From Nemertoderma westbladi (taxonomy: Eukaryota; Animalia; Xenacoelomorpha): 64,000 nt of DNA. Under the pieces are notes generated by a model. The model was not told the DNA's origin, made no database searches, and worked only from the letters and a program-made list of their open reading frames with translations. The stretch covers positions 3,246-67,245 of the forward strand of contig JAUCBJ010003673.1 in NCBI GenBank assembly GCA_032718475.1. The letters run 5' to 3'. Below, piece by piece: positions 45,130 through 57,769 of the stretch. The translations under genes were made by a program, and so were the position numbers. Numbering within the stretch: the stretch's first letter is position 1; the number at the start of each line of letters is the position of its first letter.

Positions 45130-46055
45130 TCCTTAGATCATCATAATGATGATGGGGTGATGATAACTCCACCTACTGGCTCCAGAAGTCGAGGAAATAA
45201 TGCCAAGTACCTATCTGATCTAGACTTTGCTGATGACTTAGGAGTACTCTCAGAATCATTAGAGGGAGCCCAACGGCTCCTCAGCTCATTAGAACATGCT
45301 GCTTCTAGTGTTGGTCTTTTTATTAACTCCAGAAAGACCAAAATTTTGACAGTTAACTTTGAAATTCCTCAGCAAGTCTCTGATCGGATGAGCATAAGCT
45401 CAAAGGATGGTATGCTTGAGCATGTGGACGACTTCTGTTACCTGGGATCATGGCTCCGGAAGTCAGGTGAGGACCTTCGAATACGTAAGGGAAAGGCATG
45501 GGCAGCCTTGAATAGGATTTCCAGGATTTGGAAGTCACCGAGAATTAATCGGAAACTTAAGGTCCGATTATTTAGAGCAGCAGTAGTTCCAGTACTCCTC
45601 TACGGGAGTCCATGCTGGGCTCTAACTGCTGAGGACACCAAATCTCTGGATGGCACATTCACAAGAATGCTACGCCGGGTTCATTGTGTCAAGTACAATG
45701 CACACATCTCCAACCAGACACTATATAACATTGGAGGTGTCTCATTGGTTCCCCCAAGCTTGACACTAGAACAAAATCGCCTCCGCTTTGCAGGACATTG
45801 CTTTCGCCGTGAGGACCAGCCAGTGCATAATCTTGTACTTTGGCAGCCTCATGGAGTGAATAAGCATGGTGGACAGCCCATGACTTTCTTGAGACGCATC
45901 TTAAAGGACACTGGCCTTGAAGATGCGGATGATCTAGCAAATGTCATGGGTGATAGGGAGTTGTGGCGGTGCAATTTTGTTGACAAGCCGGCACAGCATT
46001 CTTAAAAATGCAGCTGCAATGCAGCATGCCGATCCTAGTAGTAGTAGTAGTAGTA
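45130..46055 (+). mobile_element. RTE-like LINE B, 3' part (RT C-terminus, short 3' UTR, (TAG)n tail)
   Basis: DLDFADD, GLFINSRKTK, VDDFCYLGS, LLYGSPCW and RLRFAGHCFR; stop at 46005; (TAG)n tail, then TSD GTAGCTGG at 46056-46063. Confidence 0.9.
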
Positions 46056-47472
46056 GTAGCTGGGCGGCTAAGGAAACAATTTCTTTTTATAAGAGGTTTT
46101 CAACACCCGTGTTTGGGAGTTTTCTAGACTTAACTAAGGCCTTCGATATGATCGAATGGAAGTCTTTATTTAAGAAGGGGTTTTCACCGTTATTTCTTAG
46201 GGTTCTTATTTGGATGTATAAAGGTCAATCATGCTGTGTAAGATGGGGATCAGCTTTTTCAAATTCTTTTAGTATTTCTAATGGTGTTAAGCAGGGTGCG
46301 ATCTCATCACCTATTCTATTTTGTCTGGTAATTAACAAATTAATAACCCGTTTACGGGAAAGTAATTTGGGATGCCATATAGGTCTACGGTTTTTAGGTT
46401 GTTTTGTTTACGCCGATGATATTTTATTATTATGCCCATCCATTTTAGGATTACAGCGCATGCTTTCTATTTGTGTTCAAATTTAATATGAGTTTTACAG
46501 TAGTACTAACGTAGATCCAGGTAAAAGTAAATCTAAATGTGTTCCATTTGGTTTTAAGTTTAACCCCCCTTCCGTTATGATTTCATTAAACGAAGTTGTT
46601 TTGCCGTGGTGAAAGAGGCAATGCATCTCGGTTATTCATTTGATTTTTCGTGTTTATTTAATACTGATATTAATTGTAAACGTGCTAAATTTATAGGTAA
46701 ATTAATTTCACTATCTCAGGAATTTATTTCTCCCATCCCAATAGTATTTTACAAATTCAGCGAATTTACGCAACTACTTTCTACGGTAGTAATCTCTGGA
46801 ACCTTTTTGGTGATATTTTTACTAAATTAATTACAAGTTGGAATATTAACGTTCGTTTAGTATGTGCTTTACCGTACAACACACATAGATATTTCATCGA
46901 AGGTTTATTCGATTTTCCTTATCCACATTCAATGTTATGCTCACGTTTTATTAAATTTGCCAGTACAGTTTTGTATTCAGACAAACCCACTATAAGATTT
47001 CTAGCCAATATTACCTTGTTTGATTGTAGATCCACTAGCGGATATAATATTAAGAATATTTCGAATAAATGTAAAGTACCTATCTCTAAGCTTTTTCCTA
47101 AATTATGTAACGATATTCGATGGTTTGTAAAGGATTACCATTTTTCGTATATTAATATGTGTAGATAATTAATTGACTGTAAACATTCGATCCTTCAGGT
47201 ACCTGGTTTTAATGTAAATGAGCTAACTGAAATATTGAATTATATTTGTTCTAGTTAGTGTGTTGTGTAATAATATTTTTTTTTCTTTGCAATTATTTAT
47301 TCATATTGTTTATTAATACGTATTACATTACTTGTGTTTATTACATTCACGTACGTTTTTCATTATTAATCGCTGTATTGTGCTTTATTATTATCTCTAA
47401 ATTTGTTACTTATGCTGTGCTAATGTGTAATTTACATCTATTATGCACGAAATTATCGTTAAATAAATAAAA
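46056..47472 (+). mobile_element. Non-LTR retrotransposon A, part 2 (RT core and decayed C-terminus)
   Basis: FLDLTKAFD, GVKQGAISSPILF and YADD, then stops and frameshifts. Ends in an AATAAATAAAA tail. Confidence 0.9.
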
Positions 47473-47589
47473 CATAAATGGTTTAGTATGATACCCGTGA
47501 AGTTCGCCAAGATTTTAATGACCATTTTTTTAGTGAACAAGGAGTTGTCATTGTGATACAAAAAAGTGAAGTAGGCTTATTATTTATTA

Positions 47590-47790
47590 TATGGGAAAAA
47601 AGTAGAACTTTTTTTCACTATTCTCAAGGTATTTTATTTACCGGGCGTCAGCGAGGTTAATAAAGAGTCAAGAGAATATTAAATAAAAATGTTCTACATT
47701 TCTTTCCCATGTAATACGTAATATTATTCATAAATTGGTACAGTACTGTACTGTTTTGTTGCTCAATTCCTTAATAAAAGATAGAGCGAT
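47590..47790 (+). mobile_element. Fragment of the dispersed repeat at 61040-61690 / 15875-17260
   Basis: AAAAAAGTAGAACTTTTTTTCA.TATTCTC and TTGCTCAATTC.TTAATAAAA are shared. Confidence 0.7.
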
Positions 47791-47981
47791 CTACAGTAGT
47801 GTAACAAGCATTTAACAAGTCAAATCAAACAAGTATTTCATTCCAAAATTGTAACATTACTCAACGCCGTTAGTATTAAGAGCGAGTTGTTAATTAGCAC
47901 TTTACAACTTTAGAGGATATTACAGAGGCTCATTGTATTGGCCTGTACATGTAGTATTGTAGAGGGTGTTGTAATGCCCCT

Positions 47982-48046
47982 TGTTTATGTGGTAACCAAT
48001 GACGGCGAGCTGTAAAGTTGCGGCGTCATTGGTTACCACGTAAACA
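47982..48046. other. Near-perfect hairpin, ~22-bp stem
   Basis: TGTTTATGTGGTAACCAATGACG ... CGTCATTGGTTACCACGTAAACA. Confidence 0.7.
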
Positions 48047-48306
48047 TTAGGTGGAAATTTGCCTGACAGCCAGATAGGCCTACTGCAAAAAACCTACCGG
48101 TAGGCGGGGTATAGCTATTAATAACCAGTAGGGCCTAGCTATATTATTATAACATGGCTCCAAACGCCACCATAAATATAAGCTAACTTATTTATAGCAT
48201 AATTTAATTCATTTTTACAATTATTTATACAGCAACTAATTTAATTTGTGCAGTTTCTATCATTTATAATATATCTACAATCATTTCGTAATGTTACAAT
48301 TTTGGA

Positions 48307-48464
48307 ATAAAACTACATACATACTTGTTGCAAAGTACTTTACAGTGTTCTAATCCTCGTGGCTTTATTTTCACTCACTCACTAACGCTCGATCGTGTAA
48401 CAAAGCCACTCGGATCATCACACTGTAAAGTGCTACTTTACACACAAGTATGTAAATAGTTATT
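48307..48464. mobile_element. Small palindromic MITE-like element
   Basis: Nested inverted blocks ACATACTTG/CAAGTATGT, CTTTACAGTG/CACTGTAAAG and GTGGCTTT/AAAGCCAC. Confidence 0.6.
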
Positions 48465-49325
48465 ACGATTCAGATATTATAAAGTTGCTACGCAACCAGA
48501 GCATATCATTGGCTAATGTCCGAATGCTTTGATATTAAATTGCTTGTTTGCCCAAAGCGGTAATTGTGTGCGATAAGAAGGGTTCTAGAATTTGAGTAAT
48601 AACGTAGGGCCTATGTATTTGTCCGTTTTATTATCTAGTTTAACTGACACCTTTCTTAGAATTTGGTATACTTTAGCCTTGCTAACATTAACCTCCCGTG
48701 ACTAATTGAAATTGCCCGTAGCATAGAAACGTAGTGCAGTTAGGTCGCGGGGTCCAGATCGCTCTCTAACTTTGCACTGATCGACAAAATTGCTCAGCGG
48801 TTAAATGGAAACCTCTGGTACAGTACAAAACGTCGTCGTTTCATACTGTAGATTTTATTGATTAATAATATTCCGAAAAACGCGCGCTCTCTTTCCGAGT
48901 CGCCTTACTGACTCCATCCGACGCCACATTCTAAGATCCGTTACTGTACGCCCAGGAGGATTAATACGAATTCTAATGGACGCCTCTGTTTAATTACTTC
49001 AAAATTTACGATAACGTAAGCATTCTTAAACTCTACGACAACTTTATGAAACCGCGCCATTAAATTTAATATGTTATATTTTCAAGCACTACTGTAGTTT
49101 TAAATATATGGTCAGCTATTGTAATGGAAAAAATATTGGTTTGGGCAACCTTGCTTCTCATTGGTTGTGAAGAGGGGGCTTTGGTGCCTCCCATTGGTTG
49201 AAACTGGCATTTGGCAGCCCCATTGGTTATGACCGGTCTGTGTGCTTATGGCTTACTTTTTATATTTAATGGGTTAGAGGGTCGCTTTATGGCTTAGACC
49301 TACTTTTTTTATGTGAAAGGGTCAT

Positions 49326-50294
49326 TCATTGCAATCCCAAACATGTGCGTTTTTTATCACGTTCGTTAGAAATGTTCGTTTTGGATTGTTTTTTAATGGC
49401 GCGGCCCTGGTTCTTAGGGGAGGCGCTCCTACTGGAACTGCGAACGTCTTCGTTATCTCGATCGTCCACCAACCAGACATGGTCCCGAATATCCGCTATC
49501 GAGACTCGCAGGTCTACCGATGGCCTCAGTATCCGTCGGATTAATTGTTTCACCTCGGCCGACAAATCGACCTGTGGCGAGAAACGGATTGAATCGTTAA
49601 CCTGTTTGCGTAATATCGCCTTTGCGGTGGCTGTTGCATCGTACGGCATCGTGCCGTGGACGACCACATAGAGTACGACACCGCAGGACCACGCATCGGC
49701 AGCCACTGGGTCGTAAGGTTTCCCAGACAACACTTCCGGTGCAGCGTATGCGCAGGACCCACAGAAAGTAAAACATTTATCGCCATCCCGAAACGCCTTC
49801 GCGAAACCAAAATCTGTTAGTTTCACGGTGTTTTCTGGTCCATTTAGTAGGATATTTTCACATTTTACGTCTCTGTGGCAGATATTCTGTTTGTGAAGGT
49901 ATTGCACGGCCTCAATTAATTGACTGAATAACCTTTTTGCGAGTTTTTCATCCGCTCTTTTTACACGCTTTATATATTCCAATAAATCTCCGTTATTAGC
50001 TAATTCCATAATCACGTAAACTTTGAAATTTAATCGGAAATGCTCTAAAGTCTCTATTATGTTAACGTGTTTCACCGTTTTCACCAATTCAAGTTCCCTT
50101 GGAAGGAACTTTGTCTTGTACGATATGGATGCCTTCTTGGTGTCTATGATTTTTATCGCCACTTTCATATCTGTGTTCTTTTGTTTCCCCTCTCGAACTT
50201 TAGCGTACGTCCCGATTCCCAATGTGGCCGGTAGGAGCGTGTAGCCTTTCTCTTCCAACGCCTTACAGTCCGGCTTCCCTACATCCGCCATCAT
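49326..50294 (-). CDS. TSSK: Testis-specific serine/threonine kinase family (CAMK group), 322 aa
   Basis: LGIGTYAKV, VAIKIID, KFLPREL, HRDVKCENILL, DFGFAK and TFCGSCAYAAPEVL are TSSK signatures. Paralogue not resolved. Confidence 0.9.
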   Translation of the reverse strand: MMADVGKPDCKALEEKGYTLLPATLGIGTYAKVREGKQKNTDMKVAIKIIDTKKASISYKTKFLPRELELVKTVKHVNIIETLEHFRLNFKVYVIMELANNGDLLEYIKRVKRADEKLAKRLFSQLIEAVQYLHKQNICHRDVKCENILLNGPENTVKLTDFGFAKAFRDGDKCFTFCGSCAYAAPEVLSGKPYDPVAADAWSCGVVLYVVVHGTMPYDATATAKAILRKQVNDSIRFSPQVDLSAEVKQLIRRILRPSVDLRVSIADIRDHVWLVDDRDNEDVRSSSRSASPKNQGRAIKKQSKTNISNERDKKRTCLGLQ

Positions 50295-51390
50295 TAACTA
50301 CTTATAATCTGATATTTCGTCTCCCATTGGATATTTCGGCTCCTCACAAGCAAAAGCATAATTATTAAACTGAAATAAGTATTTGTGGCGGTTCAAGTGG
50401 ATAATAAACCCTTTGGACCACAAAATAATTACTTGTATCTTGCAAGAGTTGGATTTTACAATTTAAGAAATACGAAACGTGGTTTTTTACTAAAGACAAA
50501 CTAAATTCCTATTTGAGCCGCGATATTTATCTTAATTACTAAAAAAACCTAAAATACATACATATTGTACTTAGCTACTTAAAATGTACGTGGTGCATTA
50601 TTATAAATCCTTGGTTACGCTGAAACTATTCCAGAATTATTATCAAGGGATCAAAGAGAAAGAATTGCGTTTTGTTGGTACAATTACCTGATCCGATGTA
50701 TTAGGCTGGCCACGCAATGCAAATTTAGTCGCGACGGCTTATTTTATCGACATGTTGCAGGCCTCATCCTACTAAATTCGATAAGTAAATCGTAATATTC
50801 CTAAAATATGTTGGCCTTCACGCATAATTCTGGGTAAGTTTATAAAAACGCGATCAAGGGAAAAATTTCTGAATTTTGAAACAATTCTTTATTGCTCAAG
50901 GATAAACTGTTGTGGTTAATTTCGATGCACTGATTCCAAATATAATATTTAACGTTAACAAGTATTGGTCGCTGCTCCAACATTGACCGCTGGACGCAAT
51001 AATAGGGGAGATGAAGGAGCGTTGGATTTCCTGGTGTTTCGTTTTCACCTCCAACGATATCTTTATTTTATATCAATGTCTGTCTTCCACATTATTATAA
51101 TAATTTATAATGAATATAATAATTCACTTTATTACATAACACCATATTCCAGGACATGGTCTAGAATTATTTCCCACTAAATTGCATAAAGTTTTAAGTC
51201 ATAAGTAACCGACAATGAATTGCACTATAAACTGTAAGTTAATAGAGATAAGTTTTTATAAAACTGCTTAAGAAAACTAAATTAACTTTCTTTTTCCTAC
51301 ATCCCCGAACTAAACATGATGTTTGTTATCAATCAGAAGCATTTATTAATAATATAAGCCAATTCCTTTAACAGATAACGGATGTAACGG

Positions 51391-53079
51391 CTACATGATG
51401 TTACAAGGTTCCTCTCGGGGTTTCTTTGCCCCGAGAGCATCGTCGTGTTCGTTTTCTTCCTCGAAGACGACGCACAGACTCCGGGTAGCAACCTCGGTTC
51501 CGCTCCCGTCCTGCAACGCAACATCAACGGAATCGGCGACGCCCCAGTTGGCTGCGTGTTTCCAGACTATGTCGCCAGGAGGAGCGTGAACCGCCCCACT
51601 CACATCGCAACCCCAGACCCTCACGGAACATCCGCCGCCTAGAACGACCTTGGAAGGGAACTTGTAGACGATATCTGGTCTCCCGGGAATGCTTCGTTTA
51701 ATCTTATAGCCACCGAGGCTGCGATCGTCTGAAGAATCGTTGCTGATAGCGACGTAATGGCCCTGAGAGTGAACCTCGGATATACTGAGGGACCCAGAGG
51801 CCTCAGCTGTTTGCTCGAGGCGCGATCTGCGAGCGGCTCTCTTCCGCGATCGGCGTCCCGCCGAAGTAAAGGACCGCGGCTGGCGTGCCGGCGACGGCGT
51901 TATATTCAATCTGTGCTCTTCGCTCTCCAACAGCTTCCTGTAGGCGACCAACTCGGTGTCCAACCCCATCTTAATATCCAACAACTCCTGATACTCCATA
52001 AACTGACTGTGAAGTTCTTCCTTTAAGCTGCGGACCTCCGCCTCCCAGACAGGCAAGGCTTTCTGGTAACGGTTCCGTTCCTCCTCAACCTCCTTCATTA
52101 AGGTTCGAACTCGGCCCTCGTAATCGACATTCTGACTCTTCAACGTGCTGATCTGACATGACAAACTATCCATCCTTTTCTTCGTATCTATCAGCTCATC
52201 GCGAACCACAGCCATTTCCTTAAACTTCTTGTTGTGACTATCTTCCATGTCTTTGATTCTCTGTAAGAAACTCTCTTCGGTATCCCTTCTGTAATTCATG
52301 ATAGCTTCTTCCTGTTGTTCTCTCATCTCCTGCAATGCCTCAGATAACTGAGACTCGAATTCGGCTTTGACTTCCCCCTCTACCTCTTCGATTTCTATGG
52401 ATCTCTGACGTCGCGATTCCTGCAGACGTTTCTCGTACATCCCAACTCTAAAAGTGTAATCTTCTTTGAGACTCTTCAATTGATTCTCGAAGTCAACTCG
52501 TAAGAATGTTTCCTCCTCCAGCTGAGCCTTGGCAGAGGCCACTTGATTCTGAATCATCGCCAATTCTTCCTTAAGTCTGTCGCGCTCTCTGACAGCAGCC
52601 TCCAAAGATTTCTCGCGATCGGGCAACAACTTCTCCAGTACATTAAGACGTTTCTCGGCGGATAAGAACTCGCGCTCTTTCTTATTAAAACGAACCCTGT
52701 AGTCGTCTGCTTCGGCTTTCCATTTACTTGCGTCAATCTGAAGTTTCGACTTCTCTCGGGCCACGTTATCTATCATTTGACGAGCTGCTTTAAGCTCTGA
52801 CTCGTACGAGGTTCGCAATTCAGTTGATTCGGTGAGAGAAACTTCCTCGAACGACGAAATTCGTGCCGTCAGTTGACGATTTTCATTCTCTAAATGCCGC
52901 ATACGGTCAATGTAAACAGCTAATCGATCGTTGAGTTGTCCCAATTCCTCTTTCTCGTTGTACCGAGATATTCTGGTCGGACTCAGTGGAGAGGAACGAG
53001 TTGTTTGTACTTCGCTTCGCTTTTCCGAACGAGATGATCGCGATCGCGATACGTGTTGTAGTGGAGTTGCCTGAGACAT
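51391..53079 (-). CDS. LMNB: Nuclear lamin (B-type), 562 aa, single ORF
   Basis: SPLSPTRISR CDK1 site, LNDRLAVYID rod start, YRKLLESEE rod end, basic NLS, Ig-fold tail (YKFP..VRVW) and CaaX box CNIM. Confidence 0.96.
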   Translation of the reverse strand: MSQATPLQHVSRSRSSRSEKRSEVQTTRSSPLSPTRISRYNEKEELGQLNDRLAVYIDRMRHLENENRQLTARISSFEEVSLTESTELRTSYESELKAARQMIDNVAREKSKLQIDASKWKAEADDYRVRFNKKEREFLSAEKRLNVLEKLLPDREKSLEAAVRERDRLKEELAMIQNQVASAKAQLEEETFLRVDFENQLKSLKEDYTFRVGMYEKRLQESRRQRSIEIEEVEGEVKAEFESQLSEALQEMREQQEEAIMNYRRDTEESFLQRIKDMEDSHNKKFKEMAVVRDELIDTKKRMDSLSCQISTLKSQNVDYEGRVRTLMKEVEEERNRYQKALPVWEAEVRSLKEELHSQFMEYQELLDIKMGLDTELVAYRKLLESEEHRLNITPSPARQPRSFTSAGRRSRKRAARRSRLEQTAEASGSLSISEVHSQGHYVAISNDSSDDRSLGGYKIKRSIPGRPDIVYKFPSKVVLGGGCSVRVWGCDVSGAVHAPPGDIVWKHAANWGVADSVDVALQDGSGTEVATRSLCVVFEEENEHDDALGAKKPREEPCNIM

Positions 53080-54484
53080 ACTGGTGGGTGGAGTTGTTCT
53101 GTACTTTATATAATTCAGACTTGGACCAATTCACTATTTGACTTATATCTGTATATTACAGTATTATATGCTCTACAACTCTGCAATTGTAAGTACGTGT
53201 TAGGCTGTTAGGTGTTAAGTGCTACACCATACAGCCATAGGAGGTAGAATAAAACGTCTGTCCTTATCTGATCTGATCTGATCTGACAGCATCTGATTCT
53301 ATAACCAATCAGGAGAAAGAGATATAATATTTACCTAACTGTCTGTTAGGTAAATAGCCAATAGTTGAATAGGGGATCACGTTTCAGGTTGCCTGTTACG
53401 TATCAGTATCATCATATGAAGTAGCAGTACAGGCATATCGGTATGCATCTAAATTCACAAAGGCATGTTATTATATATTAAAAATGCGATATACAGTAGG
53501 ATGAAGGATGGTGGGTATGAAAGTTGTGTGATTGTCCCAGCAAGATGGATAGTTTCAGATGTAAACAACTTTTGTAGATTTAGTCTGTTAGTTGGTGTTG
53601 AAACATTAAACTTTTATTAAAAACAATACAGCATTTGCTGCAATATTTTTTTCGTAAATCTTTCTTATTAAAAACAATACAGCATTTGCTGCAATATTTT
53701 TTTCGTAAATCTTTCTTGTTAATAGTTATCATTATTAATAGTTAAAGTTAATTATAATTATAATAATTTATAATTAATATTATTAATTAAGTACGGTAAT
53801 GATACTTATTAATATATTACATTTAAAATATTTATGAAATTTAAGAATTTTATTAATTTTACTATTTATTAAAGAATATGGGAAGGTGGATGGGAATGTG
53901 GGAATTTATAAACACTTATTACCTTCCAATTGAAGGAAAAGAGCAGGTTACAGCGGCTGTAATTTCTAACCAAAAATAATAAACGATTTTGTTACCTACC
54001 AATTGAGGGAAAGGAGAATATGTTACCGTGGCGGCTTGTTTACACCCACCTTCTTACTAACCGTCCGACTGACTGATCAATAGATCATCCCCCTCAAAAA
54101 ATATAGGACATCGCGCACGTGCATAAAACACTTAATAAAGATAAATTTAATAAAAATTATCGACCAATAAAAAATCGACCGAAAAATGAAATCCTGGTAT
54201 TCTTCACATTGGTGAAGAATACCAGACTTTATGCCGTTATATTTCACTTTGCAGTTACCCCCATGTAAAGAATACCAGGTTTTCACACCAAAAACACAGG
54301 TTACAGAAGGGCTGAATATAACCAAAACAATAAACGAATTAGTATATTTACAGGTTTTAAGACATAAATAAGCTCTATAATACACTCAATAAAGATAAAT
54401 TAAAAAATAATTAAAATCTTCAAATATAAAATTCCAATAAAAGTCGACCGAAAAGTGAAATCCTGGTATTCTTCACATGGGCGG

Positions 54485-56705
54485 TGTTACGGTATATGGC
54501 GCTGTACACATTATTAGCCATTGTACAGTATAATATATTGGTTCATTATACAGTATAATATATTAGTCCGTTATACTGTACGCAATATTAGTCCGTTATG
54601 CAGTATAATATTTTAGATAAGACATAATAGCGAGGTGATATTTAGATAAGGAAACTGAAACGCCCATATATTTTGAACTCATCCATTTTGTATAGTACGT
54701 AGCCCTACCTACGTAATTTTGTATTAGGATATAAGTAGATAGTTCCAGGGTAGCAAGTTCAGTTGGACCCTGGATATGTGCTTGCTGTTATTAGCTTCGA
54801 TAGGGCCAGCATCTAGGGACGCAATCCTAACCATTCAGCAGCCAGAGACATGATCCATTACCATATATGGTAATAATTCGTGGTTTGGAAGCCCTGAGGT
54901 TCACAATCCGGCTTTCTTATTGGACTAACTGTTTCCAGGTTGGTCTAATGCTAGCGCGGACTGGAGAGCCAATAGGAGAGCGATTGCATCACCCTTATTG
55001 CATCACCCTTCTCGGATCACCTATAAATTGGCGGTTTGCCGGTAGAGCTGTATCAACCCCCTACTCCTCTACAACACCAACCCCATCTCATTATTCTGTG
55101 ATAAGTTTAGGAGTACAATTTGTGCGTATTTTCTGCATTTCTACCTTTTGATCAATTTTCTTGGAATGATTCGTTAGTGCTATTATTCTTAACTGTGTTT
55201 CTCAATCAATCCTATTGATTACTGCTAATTACAACCGGAACTATGATTTCTACCTCTTTCGTTAATGGTTCTATGTAATTCATTTCGACGCAATAATCCT
55301 ATGGGATTTCTGAGACTGTCAGACTTGTGATTTGCATGCGCCGCTACGGTAGCCATTCAATAAATGGAGGGCTAAGGTGCCAGTAGGCGGTGGGCGCATC
55401 GGGGGGTTAGCGACGAAGGGAGTGCGGAGGATTCAAAGGCGGGCAACGCTGGTGGGGGTCAACGTTGTGGTCGGGCAATTTGAACTGTAGGTAGAGACCG
55501 CTCGCTGGTACGGTAACTAGGGGGCTGATGATCCAGGTTTTGTCTCTATTTAGTATTAGGGGGACAGGAATTGGGTTAGTTAGGAAGCCTAGATGTACCC
55601 GGGAGGGGCCTGCATACCCTACAGTAAATTGCGAATTAGTCAATTGCGAATTATTACGTTGCGAATTATATAATTGCGGATTGTATAATTGCAAGTTATG
55701 CTATTGTGATCTGTGATTGCTGACGCTGATTGGTGTGTTACTGAAGTGTGCCTATGATTACGAATGCTTAGGTAGGCGCCCCTTTCTCTTTGATTGATTT
55801 ATATTTCTTAGTTACAACAAATAATTACTGATTAGGTCAAAGTAATACGGCATTTTAGGCTATTACTAGCGAAACCTGTTGTGTAATAAATTAGAATTAC
55901 GCATTCTGGAACTCTTAGTAATTAGTGCGCTGTTACATATTTGTGACTGTAATTGATTAGTAAAATTAAGAATTAGTACGCAGCATAGCGGAGAGTAGCT
56001 AAGGTAATAATTTAGAGTACCGTAAACTATTCACGCTGAGCGGTTATTTGCATTAGCGGGCAATAAGCTAGATCGCAGTAGTCAGTACGCAAGACACTAG
56101 TAGTTTGCTGGCCTAAAGCCAGCTGCAGGCAAGTTTAGACCCAGAGCGGTATTACCCACGAAAGACAGTGTACTGTACCAATTTTTTGATTATTTTAAAT
56201 ATTCTCGCATTCACACATTCCGTTAGGGAACCCCCAGTATTCGCGATTAGTAAGGACGTAGGCAATAGCGTGCTTCAATAGTGATAAAATTAGGCGTAAG
56301 AATACTCTGAGTGTAAAGCCTCTCGCACTCGTCTTAAGTAAGCTTAGGGAGCCGACTCGGGTTTATTGTTTTGGTTATTCCCGCGTGGCTCATAGATTCG
56401 AACAGTTAGCTCTCTATCGAGCGATCGGTAGAGAAAGGAACAAGCGATTTTGCAGGAGCCGTGTAAATTTAGTAAAATATATTAGCGGACGGCAGATTAG
56501 CGCCATCCAACGGTAAGTAGCGGTTTTGTATTTAGCAGCCTTTACAATTTAGTAATAGCACGCTCCTGATCCCCTTTACTTAACAGTAGAGCAGTCTTTG
56601 TGTCTTATTGGTTAGGCGAGAACTCATTAGGTTGGCAGAGAAGTATACGGGTATTTGTCTGTTCAACAGTTCTGCTGTCAGTATAGGGGTCGCGCCAGTT
56701 TAACA
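54485..56705 (+). mobile_element. Solo LTR (or LTR-like non-coding element), 2.2 kb
   Basis: TGTTA...TAACA termini, 5-bp TSD GGCGG (54480-54484, 56706-56710), TATAAA at ~55022 and AATAAA at ~55359. Confidence 0.8.
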
Positions 56706-56879
56706 GGCGGTATTCTTCACACGGACCGACACCAAAATTTGGCACCAGCCGCTAAAAACAAATTTAAAATTTCTAGCTTATTTTATTTGAATTCCTTTTA
56801 GTTCGTTTCAGTTAGTCTTTTAGTTAGTATCGTTAGTTTCAGAGCGGGAAGTATTATATTGACCCCCCCCCCCCGGGTT

Positions 56880-57092
56880 TAAGGGGAATACCGGGGAAAC
56901 TTCACATGGTCCAGTACTCATTTAGCTACCATTTAAGGATGCAAGGCAGAGATGCCTCGCTAAACCCTTCAAAACATTCGTGCCGAAAAGAAAACTACCT
57001 TGGCCCCATGCCGGGGTTGAACCCACAACCTCCGAGAGATGTGAATTGAATATAACCACTACACCAAGGTGCGCTCTGAACCAAGGTGGAAC
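56880..57092 (-). mobile_element. tRNA-derived SINE, family A, copy 2
   Basis: Reverse complement of the head and core of 18884-19090. Confidence 0.8.
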
Positions 57093-57769
57093 AAGTGTCA
57101 GATACCGTCAGATCAGATCAGATCAGATAAGGACAGACGTTTTAGCCATCCTACAGCCATAGGCGATAGGCATGCTAAGCTCTGATGCTGCTACCGGACG
57201 CCAGTACTGCAGTATGCAGTACGCTGTGTACACTGTACAGTGTACACACTACATACTGACATATAGTACTGTAATAGACAAGTAGCGCAGTTTGGAATAA
57301 TGGTTAATAAAGTTAATTACAATTTATTTATTATCAGATGAGTGCAGGTGCAGCGAGCTGTTAATCCCCCCCCCCCCCCCCCCTGGGTTTGGGTTATTGA
57401 TTAGCCAATACTGCAATAGGAAGCAGGAAGAAGGTATTGGGAGGTGATTATATCAGCTTGCTGTCTTGCACTGATAGATTTCCAGTGATTGATTAAATAA
57501 TGTCTGTTGAGCAATATTAAGAGGAAAGTAAATGGTTGTTGAGCATATATCATCTATACAGTAGATTACGTAGTTTACACAAATTATTTTTCTATTTGTG
57601 TTGACTTAATTTCGCACTAATATCGCGCAGTGCCACATATTTACAAACTTTCTTACTTAATATTTAGTATGTCACTACGCCATGCATTTGCGATTATATC
57701 CAGTATGTCTATGTCACCACGACAAATCTAAATAAAATTAATATAACAACTTTTTGGAGCCCCCTCCCC

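Larger units (their letters stand above)
53240..57151. mobile_element. Non-autonomous TIR element (Mutator-like), 3.9 kb including nested insertions
   Basis: Inverted termini TAAAACGTCTGTCCTTATCTGATCTGATCTGATCTGAC / reverse complement at ~57107-57144. Flanking direct repeat TACAGCCATA (53230-53239, 57152-57161); exact TSD length ambiguous. Confidence 0.8.

Noticed and set aside
45157-46486. RT ORFs beside the LTR as the element's missing RT
   Set aside because: They lie outside the LTRs, on the opposite strand, and carry non-LTR (LINE) signatures with their own tails and TSD.
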